Below are positions 1 through 14,961 of a stretch of DNA of 64,000 nt, in pieces. Positions within the stretch are counted from its first letter, which is position 1, and each line of letters begins with the position of its first letter. The notes under the pieces were generated by a model. It had not been told where the DNA came from. It worked only from the letters and a program-made list of their open reading frames with translations, and ran no database searches. The DNA is from Nageia nagi (Eukaryota; Plantae; Pinophyta), in NCBI GenBank assembly GCA_050084985.1, contig JBITNC010000001.1:191766001-191830000 (forward strand), in the 5' to 3' direction. Both the position numbers and the translations under genes were made by a program.

Positions 1-3000
1 ATAATAACTACTTCAAGCAAAGAGATGGAAAAGGCAAGGTAAGCAAACCTAATCCCAAGGCAAAGTTTGATAAAAATTGTAACTTTTGTGGCATATATGG
101 TCACAAAGAATTTGATTGCTATAAAAATAAAAGAGAAGAAAAGAATAAAGGCAATAGAAATATAAAGAACTTCAAAGAGAAGAAGAATATAAAAGTTAGA
201 ATTACTGCTATGCTCTACTCCATGTCTCACTCCTTTTCAACTAATTGGATTGTTGACTCTGGTTGCATTAGTCACCTATGCTTTAAAAAAGATAAGTTTA
301 AAAATTTTTATAAGTATAGAAAAGATGTAGTTGTGATAGGTGATAATTCGATCCTTGAAGTCCAAGGAATTGGGAGTGTGTTGATTCATAGTAAGGTTCT
401 TGAAAATGTGCTCTATGTTCCTAAGCTAAAGATGAACCTTCTCTTCGTGATCCAAATTGCAAGGAAAGGGTATTCATTTGAGTTCACCTCATAATCTTGG
501 TGCATTAAAAAGGACTTACTACACTAGTTAAAGGGTTAATGAAATATGATCTTTATATTGTGGATCAAGTTTTAACAAAGATGTGTCTTGCTACAAATAT
601 GTGTTCTAGAGGAAATCTTTGGCACCATCACTTAGGGCATCTTAACTACAAGAGTATTCAAGTCATGAAATACCAAGGACTTGTAGAAGTTTTGCCTATA
701 ATTTCACCTTCAATTATTCTATGTGATAAGTGGATCCTAGGCAAGATGAATAGACATAGTTTTGAAAAAGATAAAGAAATAAGGGCATCTCAATCTCTTC
801 AACTTGTGCATTCAGATTTGATGGATCCATTTCAGATTAAGTTGCTTGGGAGAGCATATTATGTCTTGAACTTCATATATGAATTTAGTAGTATGACCTT
901 TAGCTATCTACTTAATCATAAAGATCAAACTTTGAGAGTTTTAAGAATTTTAAGGCCTTAGTGGAAAATAAAACTAACCTTAAAATCAAGATGTTGAGAT
1001 CAGATAATGGGGGAGATTATAATAGAAATGATTTCAATATATATTGTGCTAAGTATGGAATCAAGAGGAAGTTTACAATTCCTTAAACTTCTTAATAAAA
1101 TGGTGTTTTCAAAGGAAAAATAGGATAATTATGGAGATGGTTAGATGCATGTAATCTTTCTAGTTTCTTATGGGGTGAAGCTATGAGCACTATTATTTAC
1201 ACCTTGAATAGGTCTCCCATAAAAGTGGTTTAGGGTAAAACTCATTTTAAGGCATGGTTAGGAATAAAACCTAACATTTCTCACCTTAGGGTGTTTGGGT
1301 GTAAAGCATTCTCCTACATTATTTTTGAGAAAAGAAAAAAGTTAAATAAAAGAGATGAAAAATGCATCTTTTTGGGTTATGATAGTCAGAATAGAGGCTA
1401 TAGTCTTTACTCTTCATCCTTCAAAGGAGTGTTCATTTCAAGGGATGTAAAGTTTAATGAAATTATTGAAGAATCTACTTCTAATGAGGAAGTTGATGAT
1501 CTAGATGATTCATCAGTTGCATCTAACTGGTTGGATGTTGATGTAGACAAGTCACCCTAGGAGAAAAATTCTCCAACACAAAGGGTAACTAGGAGCATGA
1601 CCTTGAATAAATACTTATTTGTCAAAATTGATAACAAATATGAGCTATCATAATTGAAATAAGCTTAAAAGCATGAGTGCTAGATGGAATCTATGAAAGT
1701 GGAATATAAGGCATTTATAAAAAAATGAAACTTGGGACTTGGTTCCTTATCCCAATGAGAAGAATGTGATTGGTAATAAGTGGATCTACAAGGTTAAGTT
1801 CAATTCAGTTGGGGATATTGAGAAATACAAAGTAAGGTTAGTGGCCAAAGGTTTTTCTCAAAAATATGGTGGTTATTATGAGAAAATCTTTTCTCTCGTG
1901 GCAAAGATGCCTACTATTATAATTATCCTTACTCTTTCAGTAGCTCAAAGATGGAAAGTTCTTCAACTTGACATCAAGAGTGCATTTCTTAATGGTGACT
2001 TAAGTGTGGAAATCTACATGAATCAACCATAAGGGTTTATTTTGGAAGGTAAAGAGTCTTTTATGTATAAGATAAAGAAGTCATTGTATGGACTTAAGCA
2101 AGCACCTAGAGCTTGGTATAAGATGATTTTATGATACTTTGTAGACATTGGATTCTCTAAATGCTTATCTAATTCTAATCTATATGTGATTATTAAGAGA
2201 AAATACATGGTATTGATTCTCCTTTATGTGATGATCTTCTAATAATTGAGAACATTGATGAAATCATTCAAGAGTGCATATCCAAACTTAAGGAAACATT
2301 TGAAATGACTGATCTTGGTCTCTTGCACTACTACCTTGGAATGCAAGTATACCAATATAAGGATTATACTTATCTTAATTAATTAAAATATATATCATAC
2401 ATATGGAGGATTGTAGACATGCTACGATCCTAGTCTCTCCTAAAATCACTATGTCTCTCAAATCAAACTCTTAGTTGGTAGATGCTATAGCTTGTAGGTA
2501 ATTAATAGGTAGTATTGTGTATTTGACTTTTTCCAAGCTAGATATTGCCTTTATGGTGAATCTAATGGTATGATACATGCAAAAACCTTATGTTGAAAAA
2601 CTCAATGCTATTAAGTAAATATTAAGGTATGTTATAGGGATGAAAGATCTTGCTCTCAAGTATTCTAAGTTGCCCTCTTTTATTCTCTCAGGGTTCTCAA
2701 ATTTTGACTATGGGGGAGAAAAAGATGATCAACCTATACATATGCATTTAGCATTGGTTCAGGTGCTATCTCTTGGGCTTCTAATAAGCAACCTACTATT
2801 TTTATTTCCACCATAGAAGTTGAATACTGAGCCATGTCTGTTGCAACCTAGAAAGCTATTTAGCTTAGGCATCTTCTAAAAGAAATTGGGTATGAGCAAG
2901 CTAGCCCATATTTGATTTATTTAGATAATTAGTCATCCATTTCTTTGGCTAATAATAATGTGTTCCATCAGAGAACAAAACATGTGAAAATCTAGGCCCA

Positions 3001-3649
3001 TTTCATTAGAGAAAAGGTTTTTGATGGTACCATACACTTGTTTGAGCAAAAGATTAGTCAATCTAGCATTGTTTAATTATCCATGTGTGAAGAACTTGTA
3101 TGTGTCTTTTTTATATTATTTATTTATCCATGTGTGAGGAATTCATATCTGCATTTTATTATGCTCTATATGGTAATGATAATCAACACATGTTTCATAT
3201 ACAGCAGGTGAATGTGAGTATTGGCATGGCATCCTCGTTATGGCTTATAGTGAACCATTGATTAGTTTATGATGGAGTTTTTTTATTCATGTATCCTTGT
3301 TGATATGAATATGTTACATCTAACTGATATTGTTATTTGAGCTACTTATAACTTTCAGGTTCTTTCAAGATTGTAGGTTACTTACTTTGACTATGCAGGC
3401 TCATGGAGACTCATCATGACTTCTAGTTGGATGACTAGTTTATGTACATTGAAACTGATTGTGGTTAATATTTGTATTGTAAACCATTTTTTAAAATGGT
3501 AAAGTACTGAGTCTCAAACTAATATCTTGCTTACTTCATAAATATGTAAAAATTTCTCATCTTCAATTGTATCTATTTGGAGGAGAACTCTCTTATTGTA
3601 TCTTTCTTCTTTCTTCTTCACTCTATCCCAATATTGCATTAAGGGGGAG
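1..3649 (+). mobile_element. Decayed Ty1/copia internal region (gag Zn-knuckle, PR, GAG-pre-integrase, INT, RT, RNase H); 5' part outside the window
   Basis: Motifs in copia order: CNFCGIYGHKEFDC (~78), WIVDSGCISH, LWHHHLGHLN, LVHSDL, KWIYKVK/KVRLVAKGFSQ/QLDIKSAFLNG, LYGLKQAPRAWY, ISWASNKQ; many stops and frameshifts; PPT AAGGGGGAG at 3641-3649. Confidence 0.95.
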
Positions 3650-4203
3650 TATTGGAATGTATAATGCATTATTAAAGGTTTTGTAATAATCCTCTTTTTA
3701 AATTAACTAATACTTAATTATATCACTAAATACCTTAATAATTTAAGTAAATATGATAATGTAACTTGTCCTACACTCCATCTCATGAGCATGCCCCTTG
3801 GGTAAAAGGGAGTAGCATGTCATGCCTTTGTACAATGGTTTAAAGGCTGATCCAAATGGGAATTTTGATCTATAAATAGAGGGCCCCCTCTTTGTGATCA
3901 CTCATTGATTTGTGAAGCAAAGTTATGCTTTAGGATAGTGTTTAGGAGATGAAGTTAGGAGGATTGCAAGAGAGTTATCTTTGTGAATAAAGTAAGATCT
4001 AGTTAGTGGATGTACTCCTAGTTGGAGAAACCACTTTACATCTTGAGTCACTTTGTGAGATTATCTTCTTGAGTTATCTTGATGTTAGTATGAGCTTCCA
4101 TGAGATCTTGGTATTTTAGGATTGTTTTAGTTATATTTCAATCCCTTCATGAATTGTACCTAAGTGCTTCTTCATGTCGAAATAGGTGCAAATATCTTCC
4201 ACA
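3650..4203 (+). repeat. 3' LTR of the copia element
   Basis: Directly follows the PPT; starts TATTGGAA (decayed TGTTGGAA) and ends TTCCACA; TATAAATA at 3871; partner LTR not in the window. Confidence 0.7.
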
Positions 4204-5859
4204 ATTTGGGTGACCTATCTCTCAGCTTTTTAGACCTCCTTCAAACCTCTAAGAATTTATTAGATCTCAAATACCACTATAAAAATTGAACTTCAATCTA
4301 GATCTTAAAACCACTATGAACTTTTCCAAATATTGATACCATTATGATGTTATTATAACTTGTAATTCTTTTAGATCTATATATCATTGTGAATGATGAA
4401 ATCTAATTTATAACTCCTTTGTATCCCTTCCCTACATGATGACAAGATCCAGGCATTGATACCACTATAATATTCCCAACAAATAATAACTCAAATAATT
4501 ACTAAATTAATTCCATAATTATTCTATAAATTACAAATTACTCAAGTTGCTTAATCATGCATATAAAATTATACTTATCACTCCATAATTGATCTAAAAT
4601 TAGGATGATTTGCTTCAGGGCATCAAATACTCAAACTAACATCTCAATCATGCATGCATCCAATACCAAGATCAAGATCTGAATTACACATAATGAAATG
4701 ATACCAAAAAATATATTTAAGATACTCAATAATAGATATGTCCAAGAGAAATGAGTTACAAGCCTATCAAGAGCAAATATGTGCCCAAAAATGATACATC
4801 TCAACTAAGGAGACTAGATCTCACTTTAGGAATCCTCAAATGTGCTCAAACTAATTTAAGAATATATATGTCTAGTAGTTGGATTTCCATGAAAGTATAT
4901 CTAACACTATAAGTGACTCATAATACCCTCGAGTTATGATGTTAGGGGTTGGAGGCCATCCTCAACAGATTATGAGGTGCACTCTCAATAATGGTGGATC
5001 TCAATAATTACAATAGTGATCATAGTCTTCAAGTAACCTTAGGGAATTATAGACCCTATATAGCAATCATTGTACCTTTGATGAATACTAGGCCTCAAAC
5101 TAGTAGTTAACTAATGCTTGAGGAATGCTAGATTTCAATTACCTCCCTTGTATGCACAAGAGGAATGGAGAGAGCTCATGCCCATAAAATATTGATTAAT
5201 CAAGCATATCTTCAACCTAGACATTATAATTCCTCATTAGGGTTTCAAAATATTAATTAACTCCCTAAGATGAGGTTTCAAACCTAAGTAACCTATCAAG
5301 CCCATCAAATTACAACTTAAGGTCTCATTATATGCCATAAGTAAGATGTCACCATTTAGGATCATAAATTGAGGTCATTAATTACCTTTTTACATATTAT
5401 GGTAGAAATTATCCCAATAATCCTAGATCTCTAAAGAGGTACGTCCAACCCTAAGTGCTTAATTAACATGTTTTTGTACCCAAGATGAATGCTCATCCAC
5501 ATTGAGAGGCCATAAAATGATGTAATTACCCCTAATTACATAAAATAACTGCAAATAACAAAGAATGCCTCTTAGAGGAGGTACATCCCACATCATGAGG
5601 AATAATTGCTTAGAGTGAAGTACTCATGAAAAGGACCTTGAAAAATGAAATATTATAATCATAGTTAGAAAATCATATTTCAAGTATCATAAGCCTACAT
5701 GGATATGGTTATAACACTTGGTAGGTTTGTGAGCCTACAAATCAATAAGTCAAATATCATAGTCAAAGATCATATATAAATATCATAATTTTGCATACTT
5801 ATAGTTAAATATTTGGTAAGCTTGCACACCTATGAACAAATAGTCAATTATCAAAGATT

Positions 5860-6030
5860 ATCATCCTTCAACTATTGGAAAAAGCATAATAATTTATTTA
5901 TGATCATCCTTCAACTATTGGGAAAAGTAAAATCATTTGTTTATTGTTACCCTTCAAATTTTAGAGAAAAGCAAAATCATTTATTTATCTATCGACCCTT
6001 CAAGTATGGGATCAAAGCAAAATCATTTGC
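5860..6030. repeat. Degenerate ~44-bp tandem repeat, ~4 units
   Basis: atcatccttcaactattgg..aaagc/taaaatcattt recurs at ~5860, 5903, 5947, 5993. Confidence 0.7.
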
Positions 6031-9000
6031 TTTTTGTACATAGCTTAGATCATTTTTTGCATATTACTTTAGATCATTTCATATCTCTATGTTGTTGAGG
6101 TAAAGGAAATTTATCAGTAGATTAGATTGATTTTATATTATGTTATTCTATTTATTTTGATCATATTATCATCTTTTCAAAATGATACCCTAAGTTAGCT
6201 TAGTGACACAACAAAGTAAGCCTGCAACAATAACAACTTACAGTAACAAATCATTAATAATATGACCATGTAAAAATATCTATCATATCAAAATCATGCA
6301 TGAAAAAATATAGTACATTTGTGTTGCCATTTACTAGAGCATCTTACATCAATCATGTAATTTTAAGGACCTTTATACTTATTCTTTAAAAATACTTAAT
6401 AGATATACAAGCCTATGGTCATGATCATATCTTGAAAAATGCATATCATAATCACACAGTTTGTTTTTGTGCTAATTATTTCTTATGTCAAAACTTTTCT
6501 CAAAAAGAGGTAATTATAGATACCCTAAAATTACATTTTTTAAAATCTTACCATGTTGATATATTGTCAATAACATCAAAATCAACATTATATCAAGTCC
6601 ACGATCATATATCCCTTTGCCTCGATCAAAAGTTGAAAGCACACTATTATTAAAAATTATCAAAATAATTTTTTTTATGTCCTGATTGATTTACATATTG
6701 TACAATGATGATACCGATCGTGTAGTTGGCTAACCAATTGATAATTGGCATATAGATCCTAAGCTAGTCAATTATAAAGTCAAATAAACTAAAATTATTT
6801 AGATTTTACACTTTTGAACTTGAGCACTCTAGGTACTATGAGCATTACGATTAGTGAGCATTGTAAACTTGATCAATTTAGCTTTAGCAAAACCCTAATT
6901 CAGCCAAAATTCACCATGAATTCACCTAAGAAAACAAACATAAACCTACACTATGAATCATTTTGATTCATATCTTTAATTGCTTATTTTAAGCCAATAA
7001 TTGAAGAGTTTTGGAGGGTTTATTGCAAGTCTTCATAGAGTATAATTGAAGTATACAAATAAATCATTCAACTTGATAGCAACTTGGATGCAAGATTATA
7101 TCCTTTGTACCTCTTAGAAGTATTTGCTCTTTTGTTTATATCTAAGTTTGCATTACACCTAGTTTAGAATCATATTAGTTTGTATTAGTTTGAATTTTAT
7201 CATACCCATTAGAATCTAGCATCATTATCTTAGCATTTTATTTTTGTGGGTATCTTAGTTTGTTCATATAACTCACTTAGATTACTATCTTAAAATCATT
7301 TTAAAAGGTGTTTTAGTGTTTCTTGTATATAAAAAGAGCATTGAATCATTTATCGTAATCTTTATCATTATCATAAATCTTTATTCTCAAAGGAATATTT
7401 AGAAGCATAATCATATCATTTAGGCACATGAACACAAATCATTTAGGCATATTTTTTTATTCATTACACCATTTAAATTGGTATGTAGGGGACCTACACC
7501 CTAGTAAGTAAGTTCAAACACTTTATTGTAAGCCTTGGAGTCTTAATGGACAAAGGTTGAGGATACCCCTACTTATGTTAGTTTGCATTAGCATTTTCTA
7601 AGATATATCTTGCAAGTATAAAGAGATCAAAAGGTATTACAAGAGTCATTGAAATCACATCTTGAAAAAGAAAAAGGACATTTCTATCCCTAATCTGCTT
7701 TATCTTTTCAAAAATCTATTCTAGTCACTAATAAGATCTTTGGAGGTGCTTTAATAAATTTTGGGCTAATAATATAATGTTCCTATGGTTTATTTAAGGG
7801 TGTACAATATCTCGATCTCAAAAACTATTATCTGTTAACTCCTTTGGTGAACAATTATGCAAGTTATTATTCAGTTCCTCTTTGGTGCTATAGTACTTTA
7901 AATCAATGACCTTATTTTTCAAATATGTTTATTATAAGATAAATATTTAAATCAATATGACTAGTTATATTATGATGGATTGAAGTTTTTGCAATCTTGA
8001 TTGCACTTGTATTATCATAAAAAAATGTAGTTTGATTGTTTTGAACTTCACCACTGTATTCAAGTACTTTTCTCACCCAAAATGCTTATGTGCTTTCTAT
8101 AGTATTTATAACATATTCTTCCTATGTATATGATAAACTAATAATAATTTTCTTCTTTGAGCTTTAAGTTATCACTCCTGAAAAAAGTGAAATTCTTAAA
8201 GTTGATTTTCTATCATTTAAGTAACTTTCTTAATCCGATTCATTGTACCCAACAAGATCCCCTTTGTTGTTATTATCATAATATATGTCAAAATTCAAAT
8301 TTCCTTTGACATAGCTCAAGATTATTTTGGTAACTATCATGTGGCTTGATGAAATTTAGTTTATATACATTCATACAAATGAGAATACAAATGCAATATT
8401 TGGTTCTATTGTAGTAAGGAACATTAAGCTCCTAATAATGCTTATAAATTATTTTTCATCATCATTTTCCTCTCCACCATATCTACATATTATATCTTCA
8501 TATGTTATAGGTATTCATCTTGGTCTGTAATTTTCTATGCCATATTTTTTCAATATATATTTTATTTATCAAATGAAATTTTCCATCACCTTGATGTACT
8601 TCCATACTAAAAAAGTATTACATTAGTCATAAGTCTTTCATATCAAACTCCATCGTAACATGCTTGAATTCATTCAACATCTTTGAACTACTTTCCATAT
8701 GGATCAAATTATCAACATATTAACACATAAGAAGAATATCATCAACTTCATTCTTGAAATAGAGTGTAAGTTCATTATTTTTTTTCTTGAAACCATAATC
8801 TTGGAAGTACCCATCAATTCTTGAGTTTTATACTCTACATGCTTACTTCAATCCATATTATGCTTTCTTCAATTTATAAAAATGGTTTTCCTTCTCTTTT
8901 AATTCAAATCTTTGAGTATTTTGAACATAAATCTCCTAATTCATATAACCATCTAAGAGTGCACTTTTCACATTCATATGATAAACATTCCATTGTTTGT

Positions 9001-10757
9001 TATCTACTAATGAAAGATCCATTTGGATTGTCTCTTATCTTGCTAAGAAAAATATTTACTCATAATCCACACCATATATTTGAGTGAATCCTTTTGCAAC
9101 CAACCTTGTTATGAATATTTCTATGCTTTTGACACTATTAAATTTTTTCTTAGAGATCCACTTGGATCTAATAATCTTCTTATCATTGGGCAATTCCACA
9201 AGTTCCCAACTGTCATTTTTTCAAGGGACCCAATCTCTTCTTTCATTCCTTGCATCCAAATTTCATTAATACATACAAGCATATTCAAAACATGAAGGTT
9301 CTAAATTATCTTTAAAAAATAAAGCATAATTCACCAACTTACCTTTGTTCTTCTTGTTCATCACCATATATTTGGAGCTTCTCTAATCTTGAAATAATTT
9401 GATCAAACTCTTGCAATTGGCTTCTTGTTAATAACCTTTCAAAGTTCTTATCCATGATTTGGCTAGGTGGATCATAAGTGTATGTGCTTTGAACATTCTC
9501 TTTTCTTTATTTGTAGTCTCAATGGGATTGATAAATGATTTGATTAAGCTTGAACTTGGTGTAATCTCATTTAAACTTATTAATGGGATAGTAGGTGAAC
9601 TTGGAGGAGTAGAGGAAACATTTGTAGGATGTCTCCCATATGTATTATCTTCTTCAACATCAATTATTTTGATTGTTGACTTTTTTATGATCTTACACCC
9701 CCCTTTCATAAACAATTACATGTACAAAGACTACAAACCTATGAGTTTTTAGATTACACAATGTATATGCCTCACTTGTTTTAGAATATCCCATAATAAT
9801 GTATGAATCACTCTTGGGGTGCAACTTCTTTTTCACTTCATCATTCACATGTGTATATTAAATACAATAAAAAGTACTTAAATAACTCACTATGATTTTT
9901 GTACCATTCTTCATATGGAGTCTTCTTTTATGGTGCTTTTGTGGATCATTTATTGAGGATGCGCATTATTGTATCAACTGCATAATACTAGTAAGAATTA
10001 CTGAAATATTTTATCTTCAACATACTTCTTACCATTTATATAATGGTTTTATTTTTCCTCTTAACTACCCTATTTTATTATGGGGCATACACAATAATGA
10101 TCTACTCCTTGATTCCATATTGATTGCAAAAATCATTTAATTCATTTGAATAAAATTCTCCTCCATGGTCAAATTTTAAGCATTTTATTTTATAGCCACA
10201 TTCATTGTCAACCAATATTTTAAAATTCTTAAACATGTCAAAAACTTCATCCTTATGTTTCAAAAAATACACCAAACACTTCCTTGAAAAATCATTAATG
10301 AATGTAAGTAAATATGAAGACTTACTCAAACTTTGTGTTTGCATGGGTCCACAAATGTTAGAATGTACAAGTTGGAGTGGGTACGAGGCTTGTCATGATT
10401 TTCCTTTTGGAAATCTCTTCCTTGCATATTTTCCAATCACACATGCTTCACATACACCCTTATGCTCTCTAAAATTGGGTAATCCATTTACCTTATCTTG
10501 TGAAGACAAAAAAATTAAACTTTTGAAATTCAAGTGACCAAATTTAAGATGCCAAAGCTAATTTTTATCTTCAAGTACCATGTGTGCCATGCACACACGT
10601 CCTTTGCCTCCAAACTTAAAAGGAACTATATAATTATTTAACATAGGAACAATGTGACCAAATAAAAAGGTAAAATGAACATTTTAGATCCTTTAACCTA
10701 TTTGGTTGAAGAACTTATCAAGGGTTTTAAATATCACCAATTTGGGGGGTGTGAGTG

Positions 10758-11558
10758 TGTAATGTCTCCTTTTATGGGAGTTTCCTCTTTAGGAGTGATT
10801 TTGTAATTATGAGTGTTTATTTATTTATTTTGTATGTAATTATACATCATTGTAACTTATGAGAGGAGACTTATGGGTCCCATGGACCAATTGTGAACCC
10901 CTAGTGGGACATCTCCCTCTTAAGAGTAGTTTAGGAGCATTTAAGTGTCACATTGATAATCCTAAGGCATAATTCATCATTCGAGGCTAGGCACATCATT
11001 TAATGTGATTCTGAGGCACAATACAAACACCCAAGCATGACATCACCTTAAGGGGTGTGTGAATACCTAAACTTAGAGTATTCCTACTTATACGGCTAGC
11101 ACAACATTATGGAGGCATCATTGAGTTATTTTGACAACTTCTATATTCGAAGTGATAACACCATTTCTTGGGCTTCTATTTGGATTAAAACCTAGCTTGG
11201 AGAAGGAGATAATTGGATGTAGCCCTCACTAGGTCATGGTTGAGGATGAAAACCTTTAGTCCACATTAGACTTGCAATCAGTTTTAGGGGTTGAAGGCCC
11301 TAGTAGTGAGACATCAGCTTTCAGTCAACATTTGAGGAGTATTTTCCCTAGATTTGATCCCTTAAGCTAGACATCAGCCCTCTTGGGCCATTATGGTTGT
11401 ATTTTTCTCATTTCATGCTTATAATTGAGATTTTGCCATTTCTCTTTTATATGGTTTTATGTTAGCATTTTTTTATGTGAATACTAAATCTATTTCATTT
11501 CTTGATATTTTTTAATTGTATAATAAATTTGGAATGAAGAATAGTTTGTCATATTACA
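10758..11558 (+). repeat. 5' LTR (801 bp)
   Basis: Aligns with 14962-15738; about 19 mismatches in the first ~167 nt by eye. Confidence 0.93.
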
Positions 11559-11559
11559 G

Positions 11560-11571
11560 TGGTATTAGAGC
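11560..11571 (+). promoter_or_regulatory. Primer binding site, initiator tRNA-Met type
   Basis: TGGTATTAGAGC versus canonical TGGTATCAGAGC, 1 nt after the LTR end. Confidence 0.9.
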
Positions 11572-13416
11572 TATCATCTTGCCATCTTGTGGGAAGGTTG
11601 TTGGATGCAATTAATGAAAAAAAGAATATCAAAGATAGAAGGGCAAAAAATCTCCCATGGTTCCCCAAACTAGATCCAGGGAGGACATATGAAAACAACA
11701 TGGAGAGTCAGCTTAGAAGAGTTGGATGAATGTGCCAAAGCATGTGTTGGGAGATAAGGAAGAGACACATGAAGAGGAAAGAGAAATTCCACCCAAGGAT
11801 CCATATGTAAAGAAGTTTGAAGATTTGTTGCCCATGATGTAGACTATTCTAGATCAGATGCAATTGCAGAATGAGCACGCAACCAAGAGGGAAGTGCAAG
11901 AGAGGGATGTAGGGCCTAGAAGAAGCATTAGGATGCCCCATACTCAAAGATATACCTTTTCACATAATAGAGAGCCAAGAGGAGATATACCCTTGTGTAG
12001 ATCTTGCGGGAGAGACAATGAAGAGGAGAAATATTTACATCAAGCTCATGATAAGGATCATGAAGAATAAGAGGATTTTATGCATATATATAGAGGGCTA
12101 GGGCATGACCAATAATGTAAAGGAGTTGAGCAAAGAGAGCCTATATTTCAGAGATCCTGATCAACTAAGATGGTGGATTAAGGAGGGCCTTCATTATTTA
12201 GAACAAAATCTACTAGGGTTGGTGAGCTAGTATGGGAGAGGTTCATGGAGAGGGATGCATAAAAGGTAGATGCCTCACCTCCCCCTCTACTATGTCCCAA
12301 CAAGCCTATGTTCATATCCATATTAGAGAGAAAATCCAGTATGATTTCATCATTGGAATTGAGCCAACTATACTAAGAATGCTCATTGAACACCCAAGTG
12401 TTCAAAAATGATATATCCTTTTCTCTATATTTGGAGTTCTTAAGCAAAAGAACCAATGGTATTAAAAATATAATGGATATTGGGAGGATAAGAGATATCT
12501 ACAATATTAGTTGAGTAGGATATAGGTGCCCTTATTTGATGGGAGTGGTAAAATGATGACTAGGACATGGTTGTAAAAATTGCAAACATACTTCATGCTC
12601 AGTCCCATGATTAAGGAGGATGCCATATGCTTTCCTACCTTGCATTTGGATGGCATAGCCATGACATAGCACATGAGTGATGGCTACATGGCATGATCAC
12701 ACATGGTCATGGAGCAATCACCTCCTTTGATGTATTCAACAAGAGGATGATGGATCAATTAGACATGAAATACAAAGATGATTACTTCAAGGATCTAACT
12801 ATAGTGAGGTAGAAAGGGTCTATGAAGGAGTACATGGCATAATTCTAAAGGATTACAATGATGGTTTCTAGCATTTCTGAGAAGAGGGTCACTTTCATCA
12901 TCATGGAAGATTTGAAAAAATCATTAAGGGACTTAGTTAAATCCTTCTCCCTTATGCACTTGTAAGATGCCATCAAGAGGGTGTTGGACCTTGAGCCTAG
13001 CATAATAAGAACTAAGGTCGCATTGATACCTAGGATGGGGACATACAGAAGGGGGATGTTAGAGATTGCCCCCCCCCCCCCCCCTCGCATCTACCAAAAG
13101 GAGCCAAAAAACTAAACACAGTAAGGTGAGCTTGGATTCTAGGAATGAGTTGAGGAAGAAGAATTTGTTCTTCAACTGCAAGTGTCCTTAGGAGCACGGA
13201 CATAAATATTTGGGCAAGGGAAAAGTCCATTCCATTGAAGTGGTCTTAGAGGATGATGATTTAGATTTGGATTTGGATTTGGAAGGATTGAGTTTACAAC
13301 CAAAATACCCCACTCTAAACAATAAGAGCACAGTTAGAGAAATGATTGCATCAAGTTGTGGAGTACCTAAATAATTTATGTTAAAGGTGAAAGGGTTAGT
13401 CATAGGCTAAGAGGTT

Positions 13417-13815
13417 ATGGTATTGATAGACCTAGGATCCACCCATAATTTCATTGATAAGGAGTTTATGAAGAATAAATGCCTTAAGACCAAGGAGTTT
13501 GAGGGTTTCTATGTGATAAATGCCAATGGGAAAATTACATTGATAGATCAAATTGTAGAGAAGTTTGGTGTGATGATACAAGACTATGTGGCAAGAGAGG
13601 ACTTCTATGTCTACCCACTAAATGGCATTCCACATTTGATTTTGGGGGTGCAGTGGCTATGTAATTTGGGTGCAATTTGCTCAAATTATCAAAAGTTAGT
13701 AATGAAGTTTGAGGTAGAGGAAAAAGATCATACAGTAAAAGGCATCAAAGACTACTTTCCCCAAGCATCATCCAACTGTTTAGAGATTTTGTATGGAGTT
13801 GGATGGCTAGAGTAG
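13417..13815 (+). pseudogene. Gypsy aspartic protease remnant
   Basis: VLIDLGSTHNFI (D-S-G to D-L-G) and LILGVQWL motifs. Confidence 0.9.
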
Positions 13816-14961
13816 AGGGATGTCACACCTGTGAAGGAAGGATGCATTTGGGAGCAATTGTATGATGATGAGCAGCCTCTAAAAGAAGGATGTTAGGTCT
13901 TAGGTAGCTTTAAGGAGCATGCATTGAGGAGATGGAAGAAGCCAACCCATGCCTTGATACATTTCGTCTACCCCTTGGCTCCCTTAGAACTTGCATGGAT
14001 TATTCTTAAGAGGTATAATTCACATGGTGTATTATTTTTTGTTAACCATTTTATGAGTGTGGGTATAACTCAAAGGAGTAGGAATAATGAGAGGATTGAA
14101 GCATCCTCAATGCTCACATGGGGAAGGTTATGGAGCACATATTTGGATGTGGCATCAAGGGAGATCCCAAAGGTTGTTATCATTGACATGCTTGCATGGG
14201 GTTCTATGTGGATGATATGGAAGAATTCTCACAATTGGCAAGGAGAGCAATAATGATCTTCTTCAAGATCATCTATTGTAGAGCTGAGGATATTAAGAAC
14301 ATGGCAGATTCATGGGGTGATATCATGGCTACATTTGAACTACAAAACACTCACATTTATGATTATTGGTTCTATGGCTTATAACTATTTGGCTACTACA
14401 TGTTGGATATCCCTTGGCCAAGTGTTGGTAGCTTCCTACCATTCCTCATGGGCTATGTTGGGAGAGAGCTTGATAGAGAGACATGCAAAAAAAGGAAGGA
14501 GGATTACATGGAAGCTCATGGATACTATTAAGGATGATTCATTGGTAACCCAATTTGGAGATAATGGCATGGGCAAAGACTCAACGTTAACTATTTTTTA
14601 ACCAAACGTTGGCACATGTTGGTTATATGTTTGCTTCAAGGACGATTAGGAAAGGAAAGTCATCACTCCATTTGCATCTTCAGTTTGTGAACTATCCAAT
14701 ATCAAAGATATGCAAAGAGATACATGAATTAGTATATTTCATAATGCTTATATGGAATCTAGAAATGAGTTAGTACTCACACAAAGATCATAATGAATGA
14801 AGACAACATGATGAAGATAATACTTTAGAATTCATTCATAACATGTATGAATCTTGATGTTGTCAATGGCGTATTGAACATAAACCTTCATCACTTAGTA
14901 CAGTCATGGTATGTAATAATATCACATTGCTTGGGGTCAAGCAATTTCGAGAGGGGAGGAC

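Noticed and set aside
4204-7790. Possible old LTR or retroelement sequence
   Set aside because: No termini, partner repeat or coding motif could be identified
13069-13084. C16 homopolymer
   Set aside because: Simple slippage inside dead gag; no evidence of function
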